A stretch of DNA of 64,000 bases from Chloroflexota bacterium (lineage in GTDB: Bacteria; Chloroflexota; Anaerolineae; JACRMK01): contig JACRMK010000046.1 of the NCBI GenBank assembly GCA_016235055.1, positions 34,958 through 98,957 of the forward strand, given 5' to 3'. Of the stretch, positions 35,752 to 46,069 are shown piece after piece (within the stretch, counting starts at the first letter, position 1; every line of letters starts with the position of its first letter). A program made the translations under genes and the position numbers. The notes below the pieces were generated by a model. The model saw only the letters and a program-made list of their open reading frames with translations. It was not told the origin of the DNA and ran no database searches.

Positions 35752-35997
35752 TTACGGGCAGGATGAATTGACCACAGCGGTGTGCATGCCGATGTTTCCA
35801 TTGATGTTATCGCGAGCCATCGGAATACTCCCCATCGTGGCGTCGGCGATCATGTTGCGCGCTCCGGCATATCCGGTGCCCGGAGCGGGGCACGTTCCGC
35901 CATCAGCCTGTGCCGGGCGCGGCGCGAGCGCGCCTGCACCCAATGCCAGGATAGCCAGCAACGCCCAAACCTTGATAGAGCGAATATTCATGTGCAT
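35752..35997 (-). CDS. Small secreted protein (signal peptide plus about 50-aa Gly/Ala-rich mature part with 2 Cys)
   Basis: GGAGGT 9 nt upstream of ATG; predicted signal peptide ending ...RPAQA; flanked by terminator-like hairpins and its own upstream region. Confidence 0.6.
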   Translation of the reverse strand: MHMNIRSIKVWALLAILALGAGALAPRPAQADGGTCPAPGTGYAGARNMIADATMGSIPMARDNINGNIGMHTAVVNSSCP

Positions 35998-36393
35998 GGT
36001 GGTCAGACCTCCAGTCTGAAGATGCGCTTTTGATCATGCTTATCCATTGCCGCGGAATTGAAGCCGAGACACAATTACACCGTTGTTGATCCGCAGTCAG
36101 ATTAGGGCGACATGTGAGCCTCCTTGAGAGTCCGCGCGCCTGCCCTTTGTGACGCACTGCAGTCGTGTCGTCGGAGCGAACGTTGCTATCGGGCAATGGC
36201 GTCTTGCAGCTAGCCTGCTTCGGGCACGCGCTCGACGGTCTGGATGTACTCCTCTATGAGCGTAGAACCCTGGGCTGTCTCGCGCTCCTCGCGCTTACGG
36301 CGGGTCGACCAATCGCGTCCGCCTTAATCTCCCTCCGGGCACGGTCGCTAGGCGTGCCCGGAGATCGACGCAATTGAAACCCGCTCGGCGATT

Positions 36394-37308
36394 CTAGCCG
36401 GGTTTCACGACCGGCAAACCGGCCTTGGCCCACGCGGCGAAGCCGCCGGCCAGGCTTTTTACGTTGGTATAGCCCAGCAGGCGCAGCGCCATCATCGTCT
36501 GCGCACCGTTGTGCCCGATGGAACAATGGGTCACGATGGGCGCGTTTTTGTCCTGCGGGAGCTTGTCCAGGTTCTTGAATAGGTTGCGGATCGGCACGTT
36601 CAGCGCGCCGACGATCATGCCGTTGGTTTTCAGATCCTGCTCGTTGCGCACATCGAGCACGACCGGCTTGCCCGCGGCCAACTGGTCTTTGAGACCAGCC
36701 GGCGCGACGGCGTTGTAGTCGTCCGGGAGGTTGCTCAGGTACTGGTCAACCAGTGCCAGCCGGTCGGCATCGACCGCGGCGGCTTTGCCCGCCACCGGCG
36801 CCGCGATCGGTCCTTTGACCACGGGCAGATTGGCGCCCGTCCAGCCGGCAAAGCCGCCCGCCACGCTTTTCACGTTCGTGTAGCCCAGCAGGTGCAGCGC
36901 CATCATGCTCTGCGCCCCGTTGTGCCCGATCCCACAGTACACCACGATGGGCGCCGTCTTGTCCTGCGGCAGCTTGTCCAGGTTCTTGGCCAGCGTGCGG
37001 ATCGGGATGTTGACTGCCCCCTCGATGTAACCATTCGTCGCCACGTCCTGGGCGCTCCGCACGTCCACCAGGAACGGCTTGCTGCCGGCCAGTTGCTCCT
37101 GCAAGCCAGCGGGTGTGACCGCCCAATTGCTGTCGGGCAGGGTCTCGATGTAGTTCTGGACCATGGCGCGGACGTCGAGCGCGGCTTTGGTTGGCGCTTG
37201 CGTCGGCGCCGGCGCGGGCGCAAGCGGGCCGCACGCCACCGTGCCGACAAAGGCAAGCAGCGTGAGCAGCATGGCGAACAACACAGTGAACCGATATTGG
37301 TTTCTCAT
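36394..37308 (-). CDS. Tandem-rhodanese sulfurtransferase lipoprotein
   Basis: Lipobox-like TVAC; two rhodanese domains each with active-site Cys loop (YCGIGHNG, HCSIGHNG). Confidence 0.85.
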   Translation of the reverse strand: MRNQYRFTVLFAMLLTLLAFVGTVACGPLAPAPAPTQAPTKAALDVRAMVQNYIETLPDSNWAVTPAGLQEQLAGSKPFLVDVRSAQDVATNGYIEGAVNIPIRTLAKNLDKLPQDKTAPIVVYCGIGHNGAQSMMALHLLGYTNVKSVAGGFAGWTGANLPVVKGPIAAPVAGKAAAVDADRLALVDQYLSNLPDDYNAVAPAGLKDQLAAGKPVVLDVRNEQDLKTNGMIVGALNVPIRNLFKNLDKLPQDKNAPIVTHCSIGHNGAQTMMALRLLGYTNVKSLAGGFAAWAKAGLPVVKPG

Positions 37309-37320
37309 GTCTCTCCTTGA

Positions 37321-37963
37321 TTATTTTCGCCCTAAGGCAATATGCGCAGCTGTTCGATAGACTTGTTCGTCACCGTCGACGTATGTTTGCAGGGCCCGCC
37401 CGATATCGCCCTCTACCGCCCGCGCCACGGCAGCGCGCTCATCGGGGCCCATGGTACTTACGGCGGGGACACATCCCCCAACGCTCGCCAGAATCGGAGC
37501 AATGATCTGCGGACTGCGCGGCTCACGCACGTTGTAGGCGCGAGCCGTGATCGTCACATCGATAAACCCGGCCGCCTCCAGCAGCGCCTCGAGTTCGCTC
37601 GCGTCGCCAAGATTGAAGAACGGAAGTAGGACGGAGACGCTGGTAGCAAAGCGATGGGCGAGCGCTACCCAGATGAGCCGCACCTTCGGATGGTGTTCAA
37701 TGGAGCGCCAGACACAACTGGCGGCGCGCCCGCATGGCTGGATCGATGTCCACGCCCACGACGATGCCGGCGCACCCCACGCGCGGTGCGACCCGCCGGG
37801 CGACGATTCCCGTGCCGCACGCCACATCCAAAACTCGCTCGCCGGGCAGTGGGTTGGCGATTTCGAGCAGGAGCGTCGCCCATGATCCCATCTGGTAGGT
37901 AACGAGGTTCTTCTCATAGTTCTCGGCTGCGGCCAGTGCGGGATTGGGTTGTGGTTGAGTCAT
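37321..37963 (-). pseudogene. Class I SAM-dependent methyltransferase, reading frame disrupted
   Basis: Motif I VLDVACGTG in ORF 37697..38005; C-terminal MTase-like part continues in a different frame (ORF 37321..37917). Confidence 0.5.
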
Positions 37964-38202
37964 GTGCTCTTCGATCGCCGTGTCGATATGGCATGCGCGT
38001 TTCATTCCCCTATGAACCCAGTTTAGCCAACCGGGCCAGAATGTATATGCTCAAAATCAACCGTTTATCGGCGCAAGTGCGCCGCAGGTCCCGCGGCACC
38101 ACTAGTCAATTTGGACTGTGCAAGAAAAAACCTGACGGTGCCAATGGGCCCGTCAGGTCTGCGCCTGCGTGCGAAGTTAGCGGCCGCCCGGCCGCTTGCG
38201 GC

Positions 38203-41200
38203 TCAGATCAGGCGGCGATCCAAAGCGGCGCGCATGGCAGCCGAACGAGAGGGCACGTCCAGCTTGGCGTAGACCGACCGCAGATGACCGCGCACGGTAT
38301 GCACGCTGATAACCAGCCGGTCCGCGATTTCCTTGTCGCTTAGGCCCTGAGCGAGCCAGCGCAGCACCTCCATCTCGCGCGCGGTCAGGGGTTCGCCGGG
38401 CGTTGGCGGTGCACCTTCGTCAACGGGCCCGCCATGCGACTCGGGAGAGGGGTGTTGCCGCTTGGGACCCAGTGCCTCCAGCGCGGCGCGCGCGCGCGCC
38501 GCGTCGGGCAGCGCCTGCACTTCCTCAAAACCGGCCAACGCGCGGGAAAGATAGTCGTGCGCGCGGACAGCGTCGCCGCGCGCGCGTTCGAGGTCGCCGA
38601 GGTCGGCCAACGTGCGACCCGTTTGCCAGGGGGTGCCTAATTGCTGGAACAGCGCCAGTGCCTGCTGGAAGCGTGTTTCCGCTGAGGGGTATTCGCCGGC
38701 CAGCCGGTGAGCCACGCCCCAGGCGCGATGGGCGACGGCCTGATAGAGCACATGGCCGTAGCGCATGGCCAGCGCTTCGGCGAGCGGCGCGTACCTGCGC
38801 AGCATCGGCTCGTCGGCCCGCTGCGCCGCCGTGTCGGCCATTGTGGCGAACAGATCATGGTCGCCGGGCCAGCTTCCGTTATTAAACACCTGTGGGTTGT
38901 TCGCAAATCGCTTCTGCAATGCCCCTTCCAGGTGCTGCTCCACGAGGGCGAACTCGCCCTCCGCCATTAACGGCAGCGCATGTCAGTAGTGCTGGGTGCG
39001 TCCCCACCCATCGGGCCCGACGACCGCGCCCATGATCTGGGCCGACTCGAGTCGCAGCCGGCGCGCGCGTTCGGAATCCCCGCGCATCGCATAGGCGCAC
39101 GAGAAAATGGCGGTGTGCCAGCAAGGATATTGGAACAGGTCCTGCGTGGAGCGCCGCTGCAGCGCAACCATGATTTGCTCGCTGCGGAGGACCTCGTTCC
39201 AGCGGTCGAGGCGCAGCCAAGACAGTGCCTGGCTCGCAAGTGTATGGAGGCAAAGGTCCAATGCGCGAATCTGCCCGGCCTGCGTCTGTGCTTCATCCAG
39301 ATACCGCAGCGCGTCTGTGTATTCGCCCACCGACGCCAACGCCGCGCCCAATTGCATCAAAATCCGCACACGCTCGCGCTGATCGCGGAAACGGGCATCG
39401 CGGCTCAGCGCCAACCGGCGCTGCACCAACTCTATTTGCTCGCGCAGCATGCCCTGCGCGCCATAGACCAGGGCCAGCGCGTCGAGCGCAACCGACGTGA
39501 CGACAGGGTCGTCCAGTTTTTCGGCCATATCCACGCCGGCGCGGGCGTACCGCTCGGCAGCCTCCCAGTCTGCGCTCGCTTGCCGGATCCACATGGCCGA
39601 GGAAAGGGTGGCCAGCAAGTAAACCGTTTCCACATGCGGCGGTTCCACGCTCGCTATTTCCCATGCAACGGCCAGCTGGGCCCGCGCATCGACCCGGAAG
39701 CGCTGGAAGTCGGCGCCCGCGCGCAGATTGAGCACGGCGTTCCCAAACTTGCGGCGCAAGCGAACGGCAAGCATCTTGTCACCGCTGGCCAGCGCGTCCC
39801 ACAGCGCGATCGCCTGCGCGAAGAGCGGAACCGCCAGCAAGGTGTCTCCCTGTTGGTCGTATATGTCGGCCAATTGCTCGACCACGGCGGCTTGCGTGTC
39901 CGGTTTGCGGCTGCCCTGCAGCCAGTCCAGCGCGCGGTGCAAATGCTGCGCCGCCGCGTCATACGCATGGACGGACTGAGCACGCCGCGCCGCCTTGCAG
40001 GCGTAATCGATCGCTTTGTCGCGCTCTCCGGCCGCGCTGAAGTGATAAGCCAGCGCTTCGTCGTCATCCGGATGCCGGCCCTCGATCGCCATCGCAACCT
40101 GGCGGTGAAGATGCTGGCGGCGCGGGGCCACAATATCTTCCTGCAGCGCCGACGGGATGAGCGCATGGGCAAAGACGGACAGGCTGTGCCCGCCTCGCCG
40201 CGTCTCCCGGATCAGCCCCGCGCGCCCGGCGGTCTCCAGGGCATCGATCAGCCGATCGGCCTCCAGGTCGCCCGCAATACGCAGCAGGTCAACGTCAAAT
40301 TCCCTGCCGATGATCGCCGCCAGGCGCAAGACATCCTGCACAGCAGCCGGCAGTTTCTCCACGCGCGCCCGGACCACGGCGCGCACGTTCTGCGGGATGT
40401 GGGACTGTTCCGGCGAGGGCCAGTGCCAGCGTTCTCCTGTGCGATACAGCGTGCCGTCTTCGAGCAGTCCTTTGACAACCTCCTCAATAAAGAAGGGGTT
40501 GCCTTCGGTCTGGCGATACAGGTATTCCAGAAATGCGGGCTCGACCTCGCCGCCAAAAGGCGCGGCCAGCAGCTCGCGAGCCTGCTCGAGGGTGAAGCGC
40601 GACACGCCGAGGTGCGTGCTCAGCCGCTCGCGATTGAGGTCCAGCAGCAGGTGGCCGAGGGCCGCGTTGTCGTGCAGCTCCTCCTCTCGGTAGGTCAGGA
40701 CCACCATGAGACGCATCTGGAATGCGCGGCGAGCCACGTGGCGCAGCAGGTCGAGGGTGCCTCGATCAGCCCAGTGCACGTCCTCAATAGCGAGCACGAC
40801 GGGCGTGCGCGCGGCCGGCGCAGCGCACAACTCCGCGACGCTTTCAAAGATGCGCTCTCGCTCCGAGAGCGGATCGAGCGTGGGATTTGGAGCTATGGCC
40901 GGATAGCGTGCACGCAGCGCCGGCGCGAGTGTAACGAGGTCAGCCAGGGCGAATGCGGGGAGACGCAATTCCTCGCTGGACTGCTCTAAGGCTTGCCGGA
41001 TGAACTGGGCAATGGGAGCATACGGCGTGCCGCCTTCGGCATGGCAGTCGCAGATGAACGCGCGTGCGCCGGCGCGGGACGCCCGGGAGGTGAATTCGCG
41101 CACCAGGCGCGTCTTGCCGACACCCGGCTCGCCGCTCACGAGCAGCGTATGACCTTCGCCGTCCAGCACTCGCCCGAACACGGCGTCGGCCTCGGCCAAC

Positions 41201-41253
41201 TCCCGCGCACGTCCAACAAATGGGCTGCGTAGCAGGCGTTCCAGCATTGGCAT
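38203..41253 (-). pseudogene. Large LuxR-family regulator (N-terminal AAA/NTPase, helical repeats, C-terminal LuxR HTH) interrupted by one in-frame TGA
   Basis: Walker A GEPGVGKT near N-terminus; LuxR HTH (EIADRLVISVHTVRGHLRSVYAKL) at C-terminus; ORFs 38983..41253 and 38203..38967 are in the same frame, separated by TGA at 38983-38985 plus 5 sense codons. Confidence 0.7.
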
Positions 41254-41469
41254 TAGAATCTCGGACCGACTAGCTAATGGAGTGCTACGGGGGTGTATTT
41301 ACCCGTGATCGTCGCGATCTGGGACACGGGCGTGCTCCCTTCCATAGCACGCTGCGCCGATGGTGCTGCCTCATTCGGGTAGACCGATAATAGGCTCGCG
41401 GGAAGCTAATGTCAAGCGAGTAAAAGGTAGGAGCGCACCTCAGTTTCGGGGTAGAGTTGTTGGCAACCC

Positions 41470-41568
41470 GTCATGCCGGCATGTAGTTAGCCGGCATCCA
41501 CGCCAGCATCTGGCGCGCATGCTGGCCCGTGTTACGCCGGCGTGGATTCCGGCCTTCGCCGGAATGAC
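41470..41568. repeat. MITE-like element, family 3 copy
   Basis: GTCATGCCGGCATGTAGTTAGCCGGCAT ... GCCGGAATGAC; close match to 25588-25687. Confidence 0.6.
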
Positions 41569-41792
41569 GGCTTGGATATGCGGTGCATCAGTTTCTGCAC
41601 TCACGCATCCGACGCTGCGGGATGTAATTCTTGCAACGACAGTCTCGCTGAGTGGTGGTTATGCGTATCGGACATCTCTGTTACTGAGTTGTCGAAATCT
41701 AGCATTCATCCGATATTCGCAATATACACTGTATTTCCGGGCGCTTCGTACTCATCGCATGCGCGCTATTTGCTGAAAAGTCAGTAAGCGTT

Positions 41793-42485
41793 CTAGCCGC
41801 CGCTGCGGCGGCCGGGCAGTCCCGCAGAGTCTTTCGGTGCCGTGCGCATCTTTTCCATCATCCGCATGCGCACCTGCGCCAGCGCGTGCTTGAGCGGCGT
41901 CACGCGCAACAGCAGCAGTAACGCGAGCACCGTGCCGTACACCAGCGGCAGGCCGACGTTGCCTTGCAAACGCAGGAAGTCGCCTTTGACCGATAGAACG
42001 AAGTGCACGACCACCAGCGGCGCAATCAGATAGACCAGCTTGTGCAGGCGCGTCCAGCCTTTGCCAAGCCGTTTCATCCAGTAGCGGAACGACGTGACCG
42101 CCAGCGGCACCAGCAGCAGGAACGCCGTCGTGCCGATGATGATGTACCACTTGCTGCCGACGTCGGCCCAAATCAACCCGAAATCGAACGTGTAGTCCAC
42201 CCCGACGAACGCCAGCAGGTGCAGGCTGGCGTACATGAAGCCATAGAGCCCCAGCGCCTTGCGGCGCCGCAGCACCGCCTTCCAGCCGCCGATCGAGGCC
42301 AGCGGCGTGCAGGCCAGCGACAGCAGCAGGAAGGTCAGCGCGACCAGCCCCGTGCGCTGCTCGATCGCCTGGATCGGGTTGGATGTCAGGTTGCGCGCCA
42401 GCGCATCGGCAGCCAGCCACGCCAGCGGCAGCCAGCCGCCGATGTGGACGAGCGCCTGCAGCGGGTCAGGCAAGTGATGTTTCAT
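41793..42485 (-). CDS. msrQ: Protein-methionine-sulfoxide reductase heme-binding subunit MsrQ (YedZ-like)
   Basis: 230 aa from internal ATG, 6 TM helices, conserved His residues for heme b; immediately downstream of msrP. Confidence 0.85.
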   Translation of the reverse strand: MKHHLPDPLQALVHIGGWLPLAWLAADALARNLTSNPIQAIEQRTGLVALTFLLLSLACTPLASIGGWKAVLRRRKALGLYGFMYASLHLLAFVGVDYTFDFGLIWADVGSKWYIIIGTTAFLLLVPLAVTSFRYWMKRLGKGWTRLHKLVYLIAPLVVVHFVLSVKGDFLRLQGNVGLPLVYGTVLALLLLLRVTPLKHALAQVRMRMMEKMRTAPKDSAGLPGRRSGG

Positions 42486-42535
42486 GACCGGACGTAGACC
42501 TGGCGGGTTTGCAAAACCCGCGAGGTCTTTCTCGC

Positions 42536-43507
42536 TCAATAGTTCTTCCGCAAGTCCAGCCCCGCGTAGAGGCCGGCGACCTGCTCGGCATAGCCGTTGA
42601 ACGGCTGCGTCGTCCGCCGGCGCAATTCGCCGATGCGCCGCTCGCTGCCCTGCGACCAGCGCGGGTGATTGACCTCCGGATTCACATTAGCGTAGAAGCC
42701 ATATTCATTCGAGGCAATCGTGCTCCACATCGTCTTCGGCTGCGTGTCGGTTAACTCGATCTTGACGACCGCCTTGATCGACTTGAACCCGTACTTCCAC
42801 GGCACGACCAGCCGGATGCCGCCGCCGTTCGCGGCCGGTAGTTCGCCGCCGTACAGGCCGGTCGCCAGCAGCGTCAGGTCGTTCATCGCCTCGTCGATAC
42901 GCAGCCCTTCCTGGTACGGCCAGGGGTAGAACGGCGAGCGCTGGCCGGGGAAGTCGTCCGGCTTGAAGAGCGTCTCGAAGCGCACATATTTCGCGGCTGC
43001 CGTCGGTTCGACCGCCTTCAGCAGCTTCGCGAGCGGGAAGCCGACCCACGGGATGACCATGCTCCACGCTTCGACGCAGCGCAGGCGGTAGATGCGCTCC
43101 TCGGGCTGGAAGCGCTTGATCATCTCCTCGACGGCGTACTTGCCCGGCTTGCCTACCAGGCCCGACACCTGCACGTCCCACGGCGACGTCTTGAAGTTGG
43201 CGGCGCGCGGCGCAACGCCCTCTTTCTCTTCCGTGAACTCGTAGTAGTTGTTGTAGTGCGTGATGTCCTGGTACGACGTCGCCGGATCGCCCAGTTCGTC
43301 CTTGCGCGCGGACGCGCCCGGCTGGGCCGCAGGCGGCGCCGTGGCCGAAGGCGCCGGCTGCGCGTCGTTGCCTGCCAGCGGACCGCACGCCGCAAGTGCC
43401 ATGCTGCCCGCCACCACGCCGGTGGCCTTGATAAACTCGCGCCGCGAGAGGTACACCGCCTTCGGCGTGACCTCGGATTCCGCGATGCGCGGATAACGGC
43501 TCTTCAT
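42536..43507 (-). CDS. msrP: Protein-methionine-sulfoxide reductase catalytic subunit MsrP (YedY-like molybdopterin oxidoreductase)
   Basis: Twin-arginine signal (SRREFIK), sulfite-oxidase-fold motifs (ITHYNNYYEF, RLRCVEAW, GGGIRLVVPWKYGFKSIKAV). Confidence 0.9.
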   Translation of the reverse strand: MKSRYPRIAESEVTPKAVYLSRREFIKATGVVAGSMALAACGPLAGNDAQPAPSATAPPAAQPGASARKDELGDPATSYQDITHYNNYYEFTEEKEGVAPRAANFKTSPWDVQVSGLVGKPGKYAVEEMIKRFQPEERIYRLRCVEAWSMVIPWVGFPLAKLLKAVEPTAAAKYVRFETLFKPDDFPGQRSPFYPWPYQEGLRIDEAMNDLTLLATGLYGGELPAANGGGIRLVVPWKYGFKSIKAVVKIELTDTQPKTMWSTIASNEYGFYANVNPEVNHPRWSQGSERRIGELRRRTTQPFNGYAEQVAGLYAGLDLRKNY

Positions 43508-43531
43508 ACAGCTCTCCCTCCCTGGGTGTGT

Positions 43532-44083
43532 CTAAGCCGGCTCATTCAGCAATGTCACGATGGCGGCTTCCAGTTCATCATACCGCCCCTCGCCGATATG
43601 CGTGAATCGAATGCGGCCGTGCTTGTCGATCAGGTACAACGTCGGCCAGAACTGATTGCGATACGCGCGCCACGTCGCACCGTCATTGTCCTGCGCCACC
43701 GCATATGGCACGCCCAACCGGGCCACGGCATCCTTCAGATTGCCAAGGTCGGCCTCGTAGCCGAACTCCGGGAAATGGTTGCCGATGATCGTCAGCCCTT
43801 GCGGGCCGTACTGCGCATGCCAGCCCCTCAACGAGGGGATCACATTACGGCAGTTGATTCAGCCAAACGTCCACATATCGAGCAGCACGACGCGCCCGCG
43901 CAGATCGGCCAGCCGCAGCGGGCGGTCGGTGTTGAGCCAGACCGTGTTGGTCAGCTCCGGCGCCGGGCCGAGATCAACCAGTTGCGCCTTTGGCGCGCCG
44001 GCGGCTTGCGGCAACTGCGCAGCCGCCTGCGGAGCGCACGCCGCCAAACATACGAGGGCCAACAGCCAGATAGCATGTCTCAT
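43532..44083 (-). CDS. TlpA/DipZ-type thiol:disulfide oxidoreductase lipoprotein with in-frame TGA at first active-site position (candidate selenoprotein, U-x-x-C)
   Basis: ORFs 43859..44083 and 43532..43843 are in the same frame; TGA at 43859-43861 gives ...[19 protein letters not shown]..., matching the WTYTCINC redox motif of this family with Sec in place of Cys; AGGAGG 6 nt upstream of ATG; lipobox LAAC. Confidence 0.7.
43803..43850 (-). promoter_or_regulatory. Candidate SECIS-like hairpin downstream of the in-frame UGA
   Basis: mRNA CCCCUC-guu-GAGGGG hairpin about 20 nt 3' of UGA, nested in a longer GCCGUA...UACGGC pairing; not verified against a SECIS model. Confidence 0.3.
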
Positions 44084-44150
44084 GGTCGCCTCCTGAAAAC
44101 ATACTAACCGGTTGACATTACGAAAGTATTACCCGGCGCTGAATGGCCGC

Positions 44151-45383
44151 TTACGGCAGCGTAAAGCGGAACGTCGTCCCGGCACCCGGTTCGCTCGCGA
44201 CGCTGATGTCGCCGCCGTGCGCCTGCACCAGCCCGCGCGCGATCGCCAGCCCCAGCCCGGAACCGCCGGTCGCGCGACTGCGCGACTTCTCGCCGCGGTA
44301 GAACTGCTCGAACACGCGCGCCAGATCCTCGGTGCGAATCCCCTCCCCGCTGTCGCTGATGCTCACGCCAACCTGGCCGCCCTCGCGTGCCGCCTGCACG
44401 ACCACGCGCCCGCCGGCCGGCGTGTGCCGCAGGCCATTGCCGACCAGGTTGCTCAGCACGCGACCAATGCGTGCCGCGTCCATCGTGACCGGATCCACAC
44501 CGGGCGCGACAGCCCCTTCCAGCACGACGCCCTGGCGAGCCGCCATGGCGGAAAAGCTTTCCAGCGTGTCGGACACCAGGTCGGCGAGCGAATTCGGCGC
44601 GCGGTCCAGCCGCAGGCCGCCCGCGTCGATCTGGGCCATCTGGAACAGGTCGTCAATCAGCGCCGACAGCGCGCGCACGTCGCGCTGCGCGCCTGCCAGG
44701 TACCGGCGCGCCGTCTGCGGATCGTCCACCACGTCGTCGGCCAGCGCCTCGACAACCGCACGGATCGACGCGAGCGGGGTCTGCAGATCATGGCCCACCC
44801 AGGCGATCAGGTCAGCGCGGAGCCGCGCGACCTCCTGCTGGCGCTCGGCCGCTTCCTGCAACTGCGCCGCCATGCGGTTGAAGGCGCGTGCCAGCGATGC
44901 CACCTCGTCGGTGCCGTGCGCCTCGACGCGCACGCCGAGCTCGCCCCCGGCCACCGCCTGCGCCGCGGACTCGACCTGCCGGATGCGGTCGGTCACAGCG
45001 CTGGATAGAAAATATCCGAGCGCCATCGCCATACCACCGGCAAAGACCAGCAGGATCGTCGCCAGCGCCAGATCATGCGCGCTGGCGAACATCAGGCGCG
45101 CAGTCAGCCATACATTGACGAACGTCAGCACGCTGGACAGGGCATGCCCGGCCAGCAGCGCCCATCGCAGCGTCGGCGCGTACGACAGCCAACCCAGCCG
45201 GTAGGCCGCAAAAGCCGCCGCGCCGGAAATGATCGCCGTCACGCCCAGGAACGCCGTCATCAGCCCGAGCTCGGCCGGCGGCGGCTGCATGACGAGCGTA
45301 AACAGCGCCAGCGCCGCCAGGGTGGCGATCAGGACGCCGGCGGCATAGCGCGCGGCCAGTGGTATGCGAGTGATAGCGCTCAT
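44151..45383 (-). CDS. Sensor histidine kinase (HAMP-HisKA-HATPase)
   Basis: Two N-terminal TM helices; H-box EVARLRADLIAWVGHDLQTPL; N, G1, G2 boxes (GLGLAIAR, GAGTTF); ATGA overlap with response-regulator gene. Confidence 0.85.
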   Translation of the reverse strand: MSAITRIPLAARYAAGVLIATLAALALFTLVMQPPPAELGLMTAFLGVTAIISGAAAFAAYRLGWLSYAPTLRWALLAGHALSSVLTFVNVWLTARLMFASAHDLALATILLVFAGGMAMALGYFLSSAVTDRIRQVESAAQAVAGGELGVRVEAHGTDEVASLARAFNRMAAQLQEAAERQQEVARLRADLIAWVGHDLQTPLASIRAVVEALADDVVDDPQTARRYLAGAQRDVRALSALIDDLFQMAQIDAGGLRLDRAPNSLADLVSDTLESFSAMAARQGVVLEGAVAPGVDPVTMDAARIGRVLSNLVGNGLRHTPAGGRVVVQAAREGGQVGVSISDSGEGIRTEDLARVFEQFYRGEKSRSRATGGSGLGLAIARGLVQAHGGDISVASEPGAGTTFRFTLP

Positions 45384-46069
45384 GGTTCGAACTTGTACCC
45401 CACGCCCCACACGGTCAGCAGGCGGCGCGGATTGGAGGCGTCGGCCTCGATCTTTTCGCGCAGACGCCGCACGTGCACCGTCACCGTGCCTGGGTCGATG
45501 TATTCCGCGCCACCCCACACGCGCTCCAGCAGTTGATCGCGCGTGAACACCTGGCGCGGGTGTCGTGCGAACAGGTAGAGCATGTCAAACTCCCTGGCCG
45601 TGAGTATGGCCGGCGCGCCGGCAACCGTGACGCTGCGCGCACGTGGGTCCACGCACAGGTCGCCATGCTGGATGGCGCGCTCGCCGTCGGCGCCCTTGTC
45701 TCCGCCGGCGCGGCGCAGCACAGCGCGCACGCGACTGACCAGCTCTTGCGGGCTGAACGGCTTAACCATGTAGTCGTCGGCGCCCATCTCCAGTCCGGCA
45801 ATGCGGTCAATCTCCTCGCGTCGCGCGGTGAGCATGATGATCGGCACGTCGCTCTGCTCGCGCAGCCAGCGGGTGAGCGTGTAGCCGTCCAGACCCGGCA
45901 GCATCAGATCGAGCACGAGCAGAGCGGGCAGGCGCTGCGACAGCCACGTACGCGCCGACAGACCGTCCGCCGCGATGTGAACGGTGTAGCCCGAGCGCCG
46001 GAGGTATAAGCCGATCACTTCAGCGATGCTCGGTTCATCTTCAACGACAAGGATTGTTTTCTCGGACAT
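45380..46069 (-). CDS. OmpR-family response regulator (REC plus winged helix)
   Basis: ILVVEDEP, phospho-acceptor region LLVLDLMLPGLDG, C-terminal ...LTVWGVGYKF winged-helix signature. Confidence 0.9.
   Translation of the reverse strand: MSEKTILVVEDEPSIAEVIGLYLRRSGYTVHIAADGLSARTWLSQRLPALLVLDLMLPGLDGYTLTRWLREQSDVPIIMLTARREEIDRIAGLEMGADDYMVKPFSPQELVSRVRAVLRRAGGDKGADGERAIQHGDLCVDPRARSVTVAGAPAILTAREFDMLYLFARHPRQVFTRDQLLERVWGGAEYIDPGTVTVHVRRLREKIEADASNPRRLLTVWGVGYKFEP

Noticed and set aside
38983-38985. In-frame TGA of the LuxR-type regulator as a second selenocysteine codon
   Set aside because: Local context (TQHY-x-HALPL) has no redox motif or partner Cys and no hairpin immediately downstream; nonsense mutation or readthrough is more plausible
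41360-41776. 138-aa ORF in the msrQ / LuxR intergenic region
   Set aside because: Spans the family-3 MITE and the AT-rich segment; no coding signal
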